Shown here one piece after another: positions 8,785-16,428 of a stretch of DNA of 64,000 nt. The stretch spans positions 157,846 to 221,845 of the forward strand of contig JBMOQH010000024.1 in assembly GCA_049322795.1 (NCBI GenBank), written 5' to 3'. The position numbers and the translations under genes were made by a program. A model generated the notes under the pieces. The model saw only the letters and a list, made by a program, of their open reading frames with translations, ran no database searches and was not told the DNA's origin. Every line of letters starts with the position of its first letter. The first letter of the stretch is position 1. This stretch comes from Pseudomonadota bacterium. Lineage in GTDB: Bacteria; Pseudomonadota; Gammaproteobacteria; Immundisolibacterales; Immundisolibacteraceae.

Positions 8785-10071
8785 TCAGTACGGCGCGCCG
8801 TCGCGCCAGAGAGTGCCGGTGAACTCCCGGCGCAGCGTCGGCTGGTAGCGGTCGAGCGTGATGCCCAGGCGTGGCAGCACCTTGTCCACCAGCAGCTCGT
8901 TGCTCTTGAGGAGCGCGTCGATCGGCATCGGGCCGACCGAGATCCACGGCACGATGAGGTCGGTGTTGAGGGTCTCGATCATCTGCCCCAGCAGGCGCGT
9001 GACCGTCTCGACCGAGCCGCACAGCGAGTAGCCGCGCTCGCGCACGGTGGCGGCGGTGTTGGCGATCTCGCCCTGCTCGCCGGGATTGCGCAGCGCCTCG
9101 TTGAAGCCGAACCAGTGGTGCCAGCGCGGCCACACGTAGCCGAGGCCGTTCTCCATCAGCGCGATGGCTTCCTCGTCCGTGTCGGCGATCAGGATTTCCC
9201 GGAAGTGCCCGAGGCCCCGGCCCCACTCAAGCGGGCGTCCGGCCTCGGCGGCGGCCTGATGGAAGGCGTCGATGCAGCCGCGCACCAGCTCGTCGATGGG
9301 CGTGAACAGGATCGGGATGACCTTGTTCTGGGCCGCCCATTGCAGGGTGGCCGTGCTCATGGTGAACGGGATGTAGCTCTCGATGGTGGCCGGGTCCTGC
9401 AGCGTCATCGGCGCGATGCCGACCTGCTGGAGCATGCCGTCCGGACCCACCATGCCGGGCGCCATGGCGAGCGTGGCCGGGTGCTGCCACGGAATGCCCG
9501 GCGGCGGCAGCTGCCAGTGCTGGCCCTCGTGCCGGAACAGCGATTCGCCCCAGGCGCGGCGGATGATCGCGTAGTGCTCGGCGAACAGCTCGCGGTTGGT
9601 GCGGTCGTGTTCCTTGAACTGCGGGTCGTTGGCGGCCGTGGACCAGGCGTTGTATTTCTGGCCGATGGTGGCCACGTGGCGGGCCTGATAGCCGCGCGCG
9701 AAGCCGGCCATCATGCGCCCTTCCGAGAAGTGGTCCAGCATGGCCAGGTCCTCGGCCATCAGCAGCGGATTGCGCGCCGGCAGCACGTTGCCCATCTGGC
9801 CGATGCGCAGCTTGCGCGTCAGGCCCGCCGCCCAGCTGCCGAGCAGGATGGGGTTGTTCGACACCTCCAGCCCTTCCAGGTGGAAGTGGTGCTCGGAAAA
9901 CGCGACGAAATCGAAACCGATGTCGTCCAGCTGGCGGATCAGCCGCGCGCTGTCGCGCAGCGTGTTCTGGTAGAAGTTCGGGTTCTGGCCGGCGAAACCC
10001 TGTTCGTACTGGGCGATGCTGGCGCCGGCGCTGGGCAGCAGAAACGCGCCCAGCCTGAGTTTGTCGGTCAC
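8785..10071 (-). CDS. Luciferase-like (LLM class) flavin-dependent monooxygenase
   Basis: FSEHHF, NPILL, PARNPLLMAEDLAMLDHFSEGR...GFARGYQ; GTG start with GAGGAG RBS. Confidence 0.88.
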   Translation of the reverse strand: MTDKLRLGAFLLPSAGASIAQYEQGFAGQNPNFYQNTLRDSARLIRQLDDIGFDFVAFSEHHFHLEGLEVSNNPILLGSWAAGLTRKLRIGQMGNVLPARNPLLMAEDLAMLDHFSEGRMMAGFARGYQARHVATIGQKYNAWSTAANDPQFKEHDRTNRELFAEHYAIIRRAWGESLFRHEGQHWQLPPPGIPWQHPATLAMAPGMVGPDGMLQQVGIAPMTLQDPATIESYIPFTMSTATLQWAAQNKVIPILFTPIDELVRGCIDAFHQAAAEAGRPLEWGRGLGHFREILIADTDEEAIALMENGLGYVWPRWHHWFGFNEALRNPGEQGEIANTAATVRERGYSLCGSVETVTRLLGQMIETLNTDLIVPWISVGPMPIDALLKSNELLVDKVLPRLGITLDRYQPTLRREFTGTLWRDGAPY

Positions 10072-10140
10072 GTGGTTTTCTCCTCGTCAGCCCGCCCGGC
10101 GGTGGTTGGGCAGTGCAGAACAGATTATCGATCGTTCGCC

Positions 10141-10146
10141 TAGAAT
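10141..10146 (+). promoter_or_regulatory. -10 element implying a leaderless GntR transcript
   Basis: TAGAAT followed by 6 nt then ATG at 10153; no RBS. Confidence 0.45.
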
Positions 10147-10152
10147 ACTAAT

Positions 10153-10860
10153 ATGTTAGCCGCACCCTCAAGCCCATCAGCACCCCGTCCGGGTCGGGCG
10201 CCGCTCGCCGGCCATGCCTACGAGCACTTGAAGGCGCGCATTCTGGAAGGCGATCTGGAACCGGGCGATCGGCTGTCGGTGCAAGCGCTGGCGCAGGCGC
10301 TCGCCTGCAGCCGGGTGCCGGTGATGGAGGCGCTCAAGCGCCTGCAGACCGACGGTCTGGTCGACATCGTGCCGCAGGTGGGCTGCCAGGTGGCGGTGCC
10401 GAAGGCCGACGACGTGGCGGATTTCTTCGCCGCCTTCGCCGCGGTCGAGGGTGCCGTGGCCAGCCTTGCCGCGCAGCGCCGAACCGATGCCGATCTGACG
10501 GCCTTTCGGCAGACGCTGGCGCGTATCGAGCAGGCGCTGAGCGGCGCCGGCGGGCCGCAGGACCGGGACCCGCGATACCGGCGCCTGAACCGCGATTTTC
10601 ACGGCGCCATACACGCCATGGCGCGGGCCCCGGCGGCCGGCGATATCGCCGCCGCGCTGTGGGACCGCAGCGATTTCCTCATCAAGGCGGCGTTCGGGTC
10701 GCTGCATTTCTCGCCGCGTGTGCGTGCCGCGCATACGGCGGTGGGTGATGCCATTGCCGCGGGCAATGCCGACGCCGCACAGGCGGCGATGACGCGGCAC
10801 CTGCAACACGTGGGCACCGGGGTGGCGGCACGGCTGCGCGAGTTGGCCGGCGCTTCATAG
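10153..10860 (+). CDS. GntR-family (FCD domain) transcriptional regulator, divergent from the catabolic operon
   Basis: AYEHLKARILEGDLEPGDRL..LA..LACSRVPVMEALKRL..DGLV; LNRDFHGAI; H..V.DAI..G.A..A..AM..H. Confidence 0.92.
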   Translation: MLAAPSSPSAPRPGRAPLAGHAYEHLKARILEGDLEPGDRLSVQALAQALACSRVPVMEALKRLQTDGLVDIVPQVGCQVAVPKADDVADFFAAFAAVEGAVASLAAQRRTDADLTAFRQTLARIEQALSGAGGPQDRDPRYRRLNRDFHGAIHAMARAPAAGDIAAALWDRSDFLIKAAFGSLHFSPRVRAAHTAVGDAIAAGNADAAQAAMTRHLQHVGTGVAARLRELAGAS

Positions 10861-11204
10861 GCGCGCCGCGTCGCGGCCGACGCAGTGGCGCCCGTCGCCG
10901 GCGGGGCTGGCTTTGCTCCTGCACCTCATTGAAGCGGTGCGCCTCCAGCTCGCATGGTCCATCGGCGCGCGCGTCATCACCACCGCGGGAACCATGACCC
11001 TGTTCGAAGTCCCGGCACGGACGGGTTAATCCAATCCCGCCGTCCGCGACAAGCGGGTGTTCGAGGTGCGCCGAAGTCCGCCCGCGCTGGCTCGGCAAAT
11101 CCCGCCACGGTTCTTTGAGCACGATCAGCCTTGCGTCGCCGCCGCCGCACTACGCTGCCATCGCCTCGGGCGGTGACGCCCGCACCCACTGACGGAGTAG
11201 TGCC

Positions 11205-11726
11205 ATGGCTGAAAAAGACACCCCGATCGACGTCAAGAAAACCACCCCGGCGGCTCCTGCCGGCCGCTCGCTAGGCCAGCTGCGCGAGCGCTGGGACCAT
11301 CTGTTCGATGACTTTTTCGCAGATTTTCCGCGTTGGCCGGCGCTGCGCCGGCCGTTCGACATCGAGCCGCTGCGCCGGCTGACCGGTGGCGACCTGATGC
11401 CGGCGGTAGACATCAAGGAGCAGGATCACGCCTACCTGATCACCGCCGAACTGCCCGGCATGGAAGACAAGGACGTCACCGTCGAGGTCCACGACGACCT
11501 GCTCACGCTGCACGGCGAGAAGCGCGCCGAGCGCGAGGAAAAGGACAAGGGCTATCACCTCACCGAGCGCAGCTACGGCAGCTTCACGCGCAGCTTCCGC
11601 CTGCCGCCGGATGCCGACGCCGCTCAGGCCAACGCCAGCTTCGCCAAGGGCGTGCTGACCGTGAGCGTGCCCAGGACCGCCGAGGCGAACGGCAAGGTCA
11701 AGAAGATCGAGGTGAAGTCGTCCTGA
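11205..11726 (+). CDS. Hsp20/alpha-crystallin small heat shock protein
   Basis: PAVDIKE, AELPG, LTLHGEK, ERSYGSFTRSFRLP, GVLTVSVP. Confidence 0.95.
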   Translation: MAEKDTPIDVKKTTPAAPAGRSLGQLRERWDHLFDDFFADFPRWPALRRPFDIEPLRRLTGGDLMPAVDIKEQDHAYLITAELPGMEDKDVTVEVHDDLLTLHGEKRAEREEKDKGYHLTERSYGSFTRSFRLPPDADAAQANASFAKGVLTVSVPRTAEANGKVKKIEVKSS

Positions 11727-11892
11727 CCGGTGGTTTGGCAGCGGCGGCAGTCAGCCGCTGGCCGACTGGCGGTGAGGACGGAAGGCGCGGAGTCGCCGGG
11801 CAGCTAAGCCTGATCGACGCTTCGCTTTCCAGTGCTTGGCTTTTGGTTGATGCGGTTTGTGTCCCACTGCATTCTTTGCGGGCTGACAGCCG

Positions 11893-11920
11893 GGTTGTGC
11901 CCCCCGTGGGGGGCACAACC
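11893..11920. terminator. Perfect 13-bp hairpin just past the PEP-CTERM gene stop (terminator or REP-like)
   Basis: GGTTGTGCCCCCC-GT-GGGGGGCACAACC; no clear U-tract. Confidence 0.45.
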
Positions 11921-11929
11921 TTGGCCAGA

Positions 11930-12739
11930 TCAGGCCGCTTGACGGCGACGCAGGCCCGCCAGACCCAGCAGGCCAGCGCCCAGCAGCGCCAACGTGGCGG
12001 GGGCCGGAACCGTGCCACCGACCGGCGGCGCTCCGGTGTTGCCGGACAAGAGATTTTCGAACATCCGCTCGTTGTCGAAGCTTCCCCACAGTGGGCCGTT
12101 ATCCCAAACGTTCTGGTCGGTGATGAGGAAGATGCTGCCGGGTCCGATGTTCTGATAAGCCATCATGATGCTCGGATTGCCGTTGAACTGCTCTTCACCG
12201 AGCATCAGTGCCTGCGCCGTGCCACTGATGTTGAGAGGCGCAAACGCCGCGTACTCGTAAGTATCGACGCCGGTAGTGAGCGGGTGACTCAGGATTTGGC
12301 CGTCCAGAACACCGGCGCTGCGAAAGCCGCCATCCAAGACGTCGTTGGCGTTGATGCTGATCGTGCTGCCCAAGAAAGCGAGTGCTGTATTGATACGGGC
12401 ATTTTCAGCTGGAGCAAAGCCTCCGTGCTCGCCCATGAAGGCGATGCGCCCACCGCCCGACAGGAAATTGGCCATGGTCGTCAGTTCCGACGCGGTATAA
12501 GCATCCGCGGGTTGAACGGCCCACAGCAGGTTCACCCCGGAGAGATTGACGGTATCCAGCGTGCCGGCGGCGATTGAAGAGGAGTGCCCGGTCAGGCCGT
12601 TGTAGAAGTTGTTAATCGGATTCAGGTCGAACCGCTCGCCCCATACCGTCACGACGCCCGCGCTGGCCGAGGCACTGCCCAAAGCGAGCGAAACGCCCAG
12701 CAGAAGCGCCGAGCCGGCTGATTTGAGTTGGTGTTTCAT
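11930..12739 (-). CDS. PEP-CTERM-type exosortase-target surface protein
   Basis: Signal peptide; C-terminal VPAPATLALLGAGLLGLAGLRRR (PAP variant, TM helix, Arg tail). Confidence 0.88.
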   Translation of the reverse strand: MKHQLKSAGSALLLGVSLALGSASASAGVVTVWGERFDLNPINNFYNGLTGHSSSIAAGTLDTVNLSGVNLLWAVQPADAYTASELTTMANFLSGGGRIAFMGEHGGFAPAENARINTALAFLGSTISINANDVLDGGFRSAGVLDGQILSHPLTTGVDTYEYAAFAPLNISGTAQALMLGEEQFNGNPSIMMAYQNIGPGSIFLITDQNVWDNGPLWGSFDNERMFENLLSGNTGAPPVGGTVPAPATLALLGAGLLGLAGLRRRQAA

Positions 12740-12810
12740 AAACGCATTTCCTAGGGTAGTGGTTGGGATGCTGCAACCGTTACCCTCTGGGCACCGGCTA
12801 ATCGAAATAA

Positions 12811-12826
12811 AGCAATGGGCGTGCCA
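12811..12826 (-). promoter_or_regulatory. Sigma54 (-24/-12) promoter of the PEP-CTERM gene
   Basis: Minus strand TGGCACGCCCATTGCT fits consensus TGGCACG-N4-TTGCW; AT-rich tract immediately upstream. Confidence 0.85.
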
Positions 12827-12901
12827 TATTTATTTTTTTATATATATAACAGGATGTTAGTTTATTTTCCCCGGCAATATGCCGACTCCTCGATGCGGAA
12901 A

Positions 12902-12918
12902 TGTAAAAAAATCTGACG
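12902..12918. promoter_or_regulatory. Enhancer-like box 1 (TGT-N11-ACA type; candidate PEP-CTERM box)
   Basis: TGTAAAAAAATCTGACG about 100 bp upstream of the predicted sigma54 start site. Confidence 0.65.
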
Positions 12919-12962
12919 AATATCCTGGCCACACCTCGCTTCGCAGCCTGTCGGCAAACCAA

Positions 12963-13001
12963 GGTTGGGGCTTGGCCGGGCTGTTTATCCGACCAACCTA
13001 C
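12963..13001 (-). repeat. Degenerate GTAG-type REP
   Basis: Minus strand begins GTAGGTTGG and closes with CCAACC. Confidence 0.45.
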
Positions 13002-13226
13002 GCGAACGCAAACCCCGGCCGGACCCAGCAGCGTCAAGCGACAGTTGCCCAGGAGCATCATCGACAGGGGCTTGCGCTACCGCCTCTCAGGCGCCCGGGC
13101 GCCTGACTACACGGCTTGTGGCCTGCACGATGAAGGCGTCAACGACTGCCGGTGTTTGCCCACCGCGTTCACCCTGGCAGCGGCTGTCCGTGACCTTGCT
13201 TCCACGCCGTGGACAGCGTTTCAAAT

Positions 13227-13243
13227 TGTAAAAAAAGCTGACA
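13227..13243. promoter_or_regulatory. Enhancer-like box 2
   Basis: TGTAAAAAAAGCTGACA, 15/17 identical to box 1. Confidence 0.6.
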
Positions 13244-13255
13244 TCCCGCTGCTAT

Positions 13256-13452
13256 GGCTGGTCATTCGAACACCTGCCACCCAGCGACAGCGGCGGCCAC
13301 AAGGTGCGCAGCGACAAGGCCGGCGGACATGAGGCGGTGCTGAGCGATGTTGTGCGCGCGGCGCTGGACGAAGCCTGGCTGCGGAGATTGCGGCGCCGTT
13401 GGGTCTAGCGGACTACGCGGCGCTGCGGCGGGCGCTGGAAGGGGGAGGGTAG
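13256..13452 (+). pseudogene. Frameshifted gene remnant, possibly a sulfotransferase-like C-terminus
   Basis: GWSFEHLPPSDSGGHKVRSDKAGGHEAVLSDVVRAALDEAW, continuing in another frame as AEIAAPLGLADYAALRRALEGGG*; family guess from memory only. Confidence 0.3.
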
Positions 13453-13545
13453 GCGTCCGCGCTCCGGTCATTCGACATCGACGCTACCCGCGCAAGGCAG
13501 ATCAGCGAAGCGTGATCCGCCTTACGTGTTCAGGCGGCAGCTCGT

Positions 13546-13574
13546 GTAGGTTGGGCTGACGCAGGAAGCCCAAC
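13546..13574 (+). repeat. GTAG REP flanking the RAYT (3' side)
   Basis: GTAGGTTGGGCTGACGCAGGAAGCCCAAC. Confidence 0.9.
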
Positions 13575-13580
13575 ACCTCA

Positions 13581-14108
13581 TCACTCACCATACCCGCCAG
13601 CGTCATCGGGCGTGCATCCACCCCAATCAGGCGCCGCCATGCCTCGGGCGATGTACGCGTGCAGCGTGGAGTGCGGCCAATCCACAGGGCGCTTCACCCA
13701 GCCATGCTTCACCGGGTTGAAATGGATGTACGCAACGTGCCGCTCCAGGTCTTGCGTATCCCGAATCTGGTGCTCCCAGTAGCGCCGCTGCCAAATGCCG
13801 CGCTCGCGTTTTGCCACGCGGCTCGGCCGCAGGCGTTCCGTCTTGTTCAGGCGCCTGGAAAAGCCAGCCTTGAGCAATGACCACCGCGTCGAATAACCCG
13901 CGTCACCCGCCGGTAGGCGCCAGATGGCGTGCAGGTGCTCGGGCAGTACCACCATTGCCACCACCGTAAACGGATGCGCGGCCTTGACCTTGTTCAACAC
14001 GTCTCGAAAGTCGGCGATGTGCCGCACCAGCGTGTCGGCATTCCGTTCGGCCAGGTTGACCGTGAAGAAATAGGTTCCACCCGTCGTATTGGACCGCCGG
14101 TAGCGCAT
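13581..14108 (-). mobile_element. rayT: REP-associated tyrosine transposase (RAYT/TnpA-REP, Y1 HUH)
   Basis: TYFFTV, HUH motif VLPEHLHAIW, IWQRRYWEHQIRD, catalytic YIHFNPVKHG; flanked by inverted identical REPs. Confidence 0.95.
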
Positions 14109-14130
14109 GGCTTTCTCGCGTCACCTTGAT

Positions 14131-14159
14131 GTTGGGCTTCCTGCGTCAGCCCAACCTAC
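14131..14159 (-). repeat. GTAG REP flanking the RAYT (5' side)
   Basis: Exact reverse complement of 13546-13574. Confidence 0.9.
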
Positions 14160-14175
14160 GCGGGCTACGCGGGCT
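14156..14175. repeat. Left 20-bp inverted repeat bracketing cargo genes
   Basis: CTACGCGGGCTACGCGGGCT; exact reverse complement at 15246-15265. Confidence 0.85.
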
Positions 14176-14285
14176 CAGCAAAACGCCATTTTTTCGGCGG
14201 CTTGCAAACTTTTCCAGCAGCGGCCTTGTCACCCAACGCACAATGCGGCATTCTGGCCAACGGCCGGTCGTGGCGCGGAGAACAC

Positions 14286-14313
14286 GTTGGGCTCCCTGTG
14301 TCAGCCCAACCTA
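14286..14313 (-). repeat. Degenerate third copy of the RAYT REP
   Basis: GTTGGGCTCCCTGTGTCAGCCCAACCTA versus GTTGGGCTTCCTGCGTCAGCCCAACCTAC. Confidence 0.75.
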
Positions 14314-14336
14314 AACGGGTTTCCGAGGAATTGGTG

Positions 14337-14855
14337 ATGTGGGTGTTTGGGTACGGCTCGCTTATGTGGGATAACTGGGAAACCAATCACGGCTGTATTC
14401 GTCGAGTCGTCGCCGACCTCCCTGGGTACCGCCGCAGGTTCAACAAAGCATCCGTGCGAAATTGGGGAACGAAAGCTGCTCCTTGTCCAACTCTCAATCT
14501 CTCGCAGTTTGATACCGGCGTTTGTCGAGGCATCGCATTTCAATTCCCAGATGCGCAGAAGATGAAAGTTCTGTCCTACCTTGAAGAGCGAGAGGGAAAG
14601 GCATTCCCGCTTCATGAGGTCGTGGTATGGCTTGAGGGCCAATCCGAAGTGTCGGCCCTTGTGCCGCTTTACAACGGCACGAATGTCATTGAAGGAAACA
14701 CTCCCGAAGAGTTGGCCGCAATGGTGTTGGCGGCATCAGGTACTTGCGGCACATGCTTGTTCTACGTCAATGGCATCGCGGACAAACTCTCTGCCTTGGG
14801 CATGAACGACCGCGCAGTCTCCGACCTTTGGGAAGCGGTCAACAACCATGCGTAG
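14337..14855 (+). CDS. chaC: ChaC-like gamma-glutamylcyclotransferase
   Basis: MWVFGYGSLMW, GYRRRF..S...GT...P.PTL.L, CRGIAF, YLEERE, GTCGTCLFY; visibly lower GC than flanks. Confidence 0.8.
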   Translation: MWVFGYGSLMWDNWETNHGCIRRVVADLPGYRRRFNKASVRNWGTKAAPCPTLNLSQFDTGVCRGIAFQFPDAQKMKVLSYLEEREGKAFPLHEVVVWLEGQSEVSALVPLYNGTNVIEGNTPEELAAMVLAASGTCGTCLFYVNGIADKLSALGMNDRAVSDLWEAVNNHA

Positions 14856-14860
14856 TTGCC

Positions 14861-14927
14861 GCTTAACCCATCATTCCGCCGGACCTGCGCGAAAAGTCGC
14901 GCAGGCCAGTGAATTTAAAATTTTGAC
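14861..14927 (+). mobile_element. Decayed integron attC (59-base element)-like site
   Basis: R'' GCTTAAC (RYYYAAC) 5 nt after the stop; ATTC/GAAT and CCTGCGCG/CGCGCAGG arms with bulges; R' position reads TTTTGAC instead of GTTRRRY. Confidence 0.65.
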
Positions 14928-14946
14928 CAAATAGGCGAGGAGGAAG

Positions 14947-15246
14947 ATGCTAGTCAACATTCATGCATTTGATGAGTACAACAAAACCAACCGTGGTCGG
15001 AGAGCGCGCGTTTCTGGCAAGGCGTCGTTCTCATTCGAACGTGACAAAGATGGCAAGGTTTCATTAATCCTTGATGCCGACGATTGTGAAATGAAAGGAA
15101 CCGGTGAGCGGGGCGGCGATCTGGGAAAGTCGGTTAAATTTATTAACCGCACAGCGAAAGTTACGCTCCTTTGCGACGAGGTTCTCGCTTTATATAGGGC
15201 GCTACAAAAGGAACTTGAACATCATCCGAGGCAAGAGAGGCCATGA
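14947..15246 (+). CDS. Hypothetical protein (99 aa), lower GC
   Basis: Strong GAGGAGG RBS; starts 19 nt after the attC-like site; no family recognised. Confidence 0.7.
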   Translation: MLVNIHAFDEYNKTNRGRRARVSGKASFSFERDKDGKVSLILDADDCEMKGTGERGGDLGKSVKFINRTAKVTLLCDEVLALYRALQKELEHHPRQERP

Positions 15247-15265
15247 GCCCGCGTAGCCCGCGTAG
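15246..15265. repeat. Right 20-bp inverted repeat bracketing cargo genes
   Basis: AGCCCGCGTAGCCCGCGTAG. Confidence 0.85.
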
Positions 15266-15271
15266 ATACTG

Positions 15272-16366
15272 GCTGCTCTCAAGAGTCAAGTGCACCACGT
15301 TGACGAAATTGTCTGATCTCTTCTGCCATGGCTTCTTCTGGCGTTTGCCAGTCCAACGTTTGGCGGGGGCGGCCATTGAGCAGTCGGGCGATGTCGTTGA
15401 GCTGGGTCTGACTGACTTGGGACAGGTCGGTGCCTTTGGGCAGGAACTGGCGCAGCAGGCCGTTGGTGTTCTCGTTGCTGCCGCGCTGCCAGGGGGCGTA
15501 CGGGTCAGCGAACCAGATATCGAGCTTCAGCCGCCGGGCCAGCTCCTCATGCTGCGCCATCTCGCTGCCGCGGTCATAGGTCAGGGATTCGCGCAGGAAG
15601 GCGGGCAGCTTCTTCATCTGCCGGGTGAAGCCCGTCAGCGCCGCCTCGGCGCCGCAGCCGTCCATCTTGCACAGCACCACGAAGCGGGTCTTGCGCTCGA
15701 CCAGCGTGCCGACGGCCGAGCGGTTGTAGGCGCCTTTGATGCAGTCACCTTCCCAATGCCCGGGCAGTAGGCGCTCGGCGACGTCTTCGGGGCGGTGCCT
15801 GATCCGCAGATCCTCGGGAATGACCACGCCACCGGCACTGGCAGCGGTGCGCCGCCGGCGTCCGCGCTGCGGCTTGTGCTGGCGCAGGGCGTCGACCATG
15901 GCTTTCTTGAGCGCCCCCCTGGGGTGGGCGTAGATCGCCGCGTAGATGGTCTCGTGACTGACGTGCAAGCGGGGATCTTCCGGGTGCATCCTGCGCAGTC
16001 TGGCGGCAATCTGCTGCGGCGACCAGCGCCAGTAGATCAGCCGGTCGCTCACCAGGCGGTGCAACCGCGTGCCGTCTTCGAGCTTGCGGTGTCGCACACA
16101 GCGCCGTCTGCGTACCCGGTAAGCCACCGCCGCCGCCGTGGCGTCGTAGCGCGCCCCAGCCGCCACCGCCGCGTTGCGCGCCACCTCTCGCGACACCGTC
16201 GAGGGCGCACGATCGAGCAGTGCCGCGATCGCGCGAACGCTACTGCCGCGTCCCCGCTCCACCATGATCACTGCGCGCTCCTCGGATGAAAGATGCTCAT
16301 AGCCGTTCTTGTCCATCGCAACACCTTATCCTCACAGGAGTGTTGCACTTGGTTCTTGAGGCTAAG
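15272..16366 (-). mobile_element. IS30-family insertion sequence
   Basis: Imperfect IRs CTCAAGAGTCAAGTGCACCAC (15278-15298) and CTCAAGAACCAAGTGCAACAC (16340-16360, reverse), 18/21 identical; CTG (or TG) duplicated at 15269-15271 and 16367-16369. Confidence 0.92.
15279..16316 (-). CDS. IS30-family DDE transposase
   Basis: HLSSEER HTH, STVSRE, VSHETIY, HWEGD, TYDRGSEM, QRGSNENTNGLLRQFLPKG. Confidence 0.97.
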   Translation of the reverse strand: MDKNGYEHLSSEERAVIMVERGRGSSVRAIAALLDRAPSTVSREVARNAAVAAGARYDATAAAVAYRVRRRRCVRHRKLEDGTRLHRLVSDRLIYWRWSPQQIAARLRRMHPEDPRLHVSHETIYAAIYAHPRGALKKAMVDALRQHKPQRGRRRRTAASAGGVVIPEDLRIRHRPEDVAERLLPGHWEGDCIKGAYNRSAVGTLVERKTRFVVLCKMDGCGAEAALTGFTRQMKKLPAFLRESLTYDRGSEMAQHEELARRLKLDIWFADPYAPWQRGSNENTNGLLRQFLPKGTDLSQVSQTQLNDIARLLNGRPRQTLDWQTPEEAMAEEIRQFRQRGALDS

Positions 16367-16417
16367 CTGTTATCCGGCCACCGAATGCAAGGCCGGATAA
16401 CAGTATCTACGTGGGCT
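16367..16417. repeat. Right part of the palindrome interrupted by IS30
   Basis: With 15262-15271 it rebuilds GTAGATACTGTTATCCGGCC-N11-GGCCGGATAACAGTATCTAC. Confidence 0.85.
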
Positions 16418-16428
16418 TGGATGTGGAA

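Noticed and set aside
6455-9226. 923-aa fusion ORF from the ORF track
   Set aside because: Its N-terminal part is an off-frame read through the hpaB-like and LLM genes; the hydrolase starts at GTG 7318, coupled to the upstream stop.
7342-10143. Long antisense or alternate-frame ORFs (also 40721-43867, 58198-60873, 30032-32206, 47265-49244 and many more)
   Set aside because: These are shadow ORFs opposite well-supported genes, expected in high-GC DNA with few stop codons; none carries family motifs.
11780-11880. Possible GIY-YIG nuclease C-terminal remnant (TKSQALESEASIRL on the minus strand)
   Set aside because: The resemblance is too short, there is no N-terminal GIY-YIG motif and no start; indistinguishable from chance without a search.
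14231-14292. Second attC or attI upstream of chaC (ACCCAAC...GTTGGGC)
   Set aside because: The end boxes fit, but the internal arms do not pair and the GTTGGGC is explained by the degenerate REP; no intI gene is in the window.
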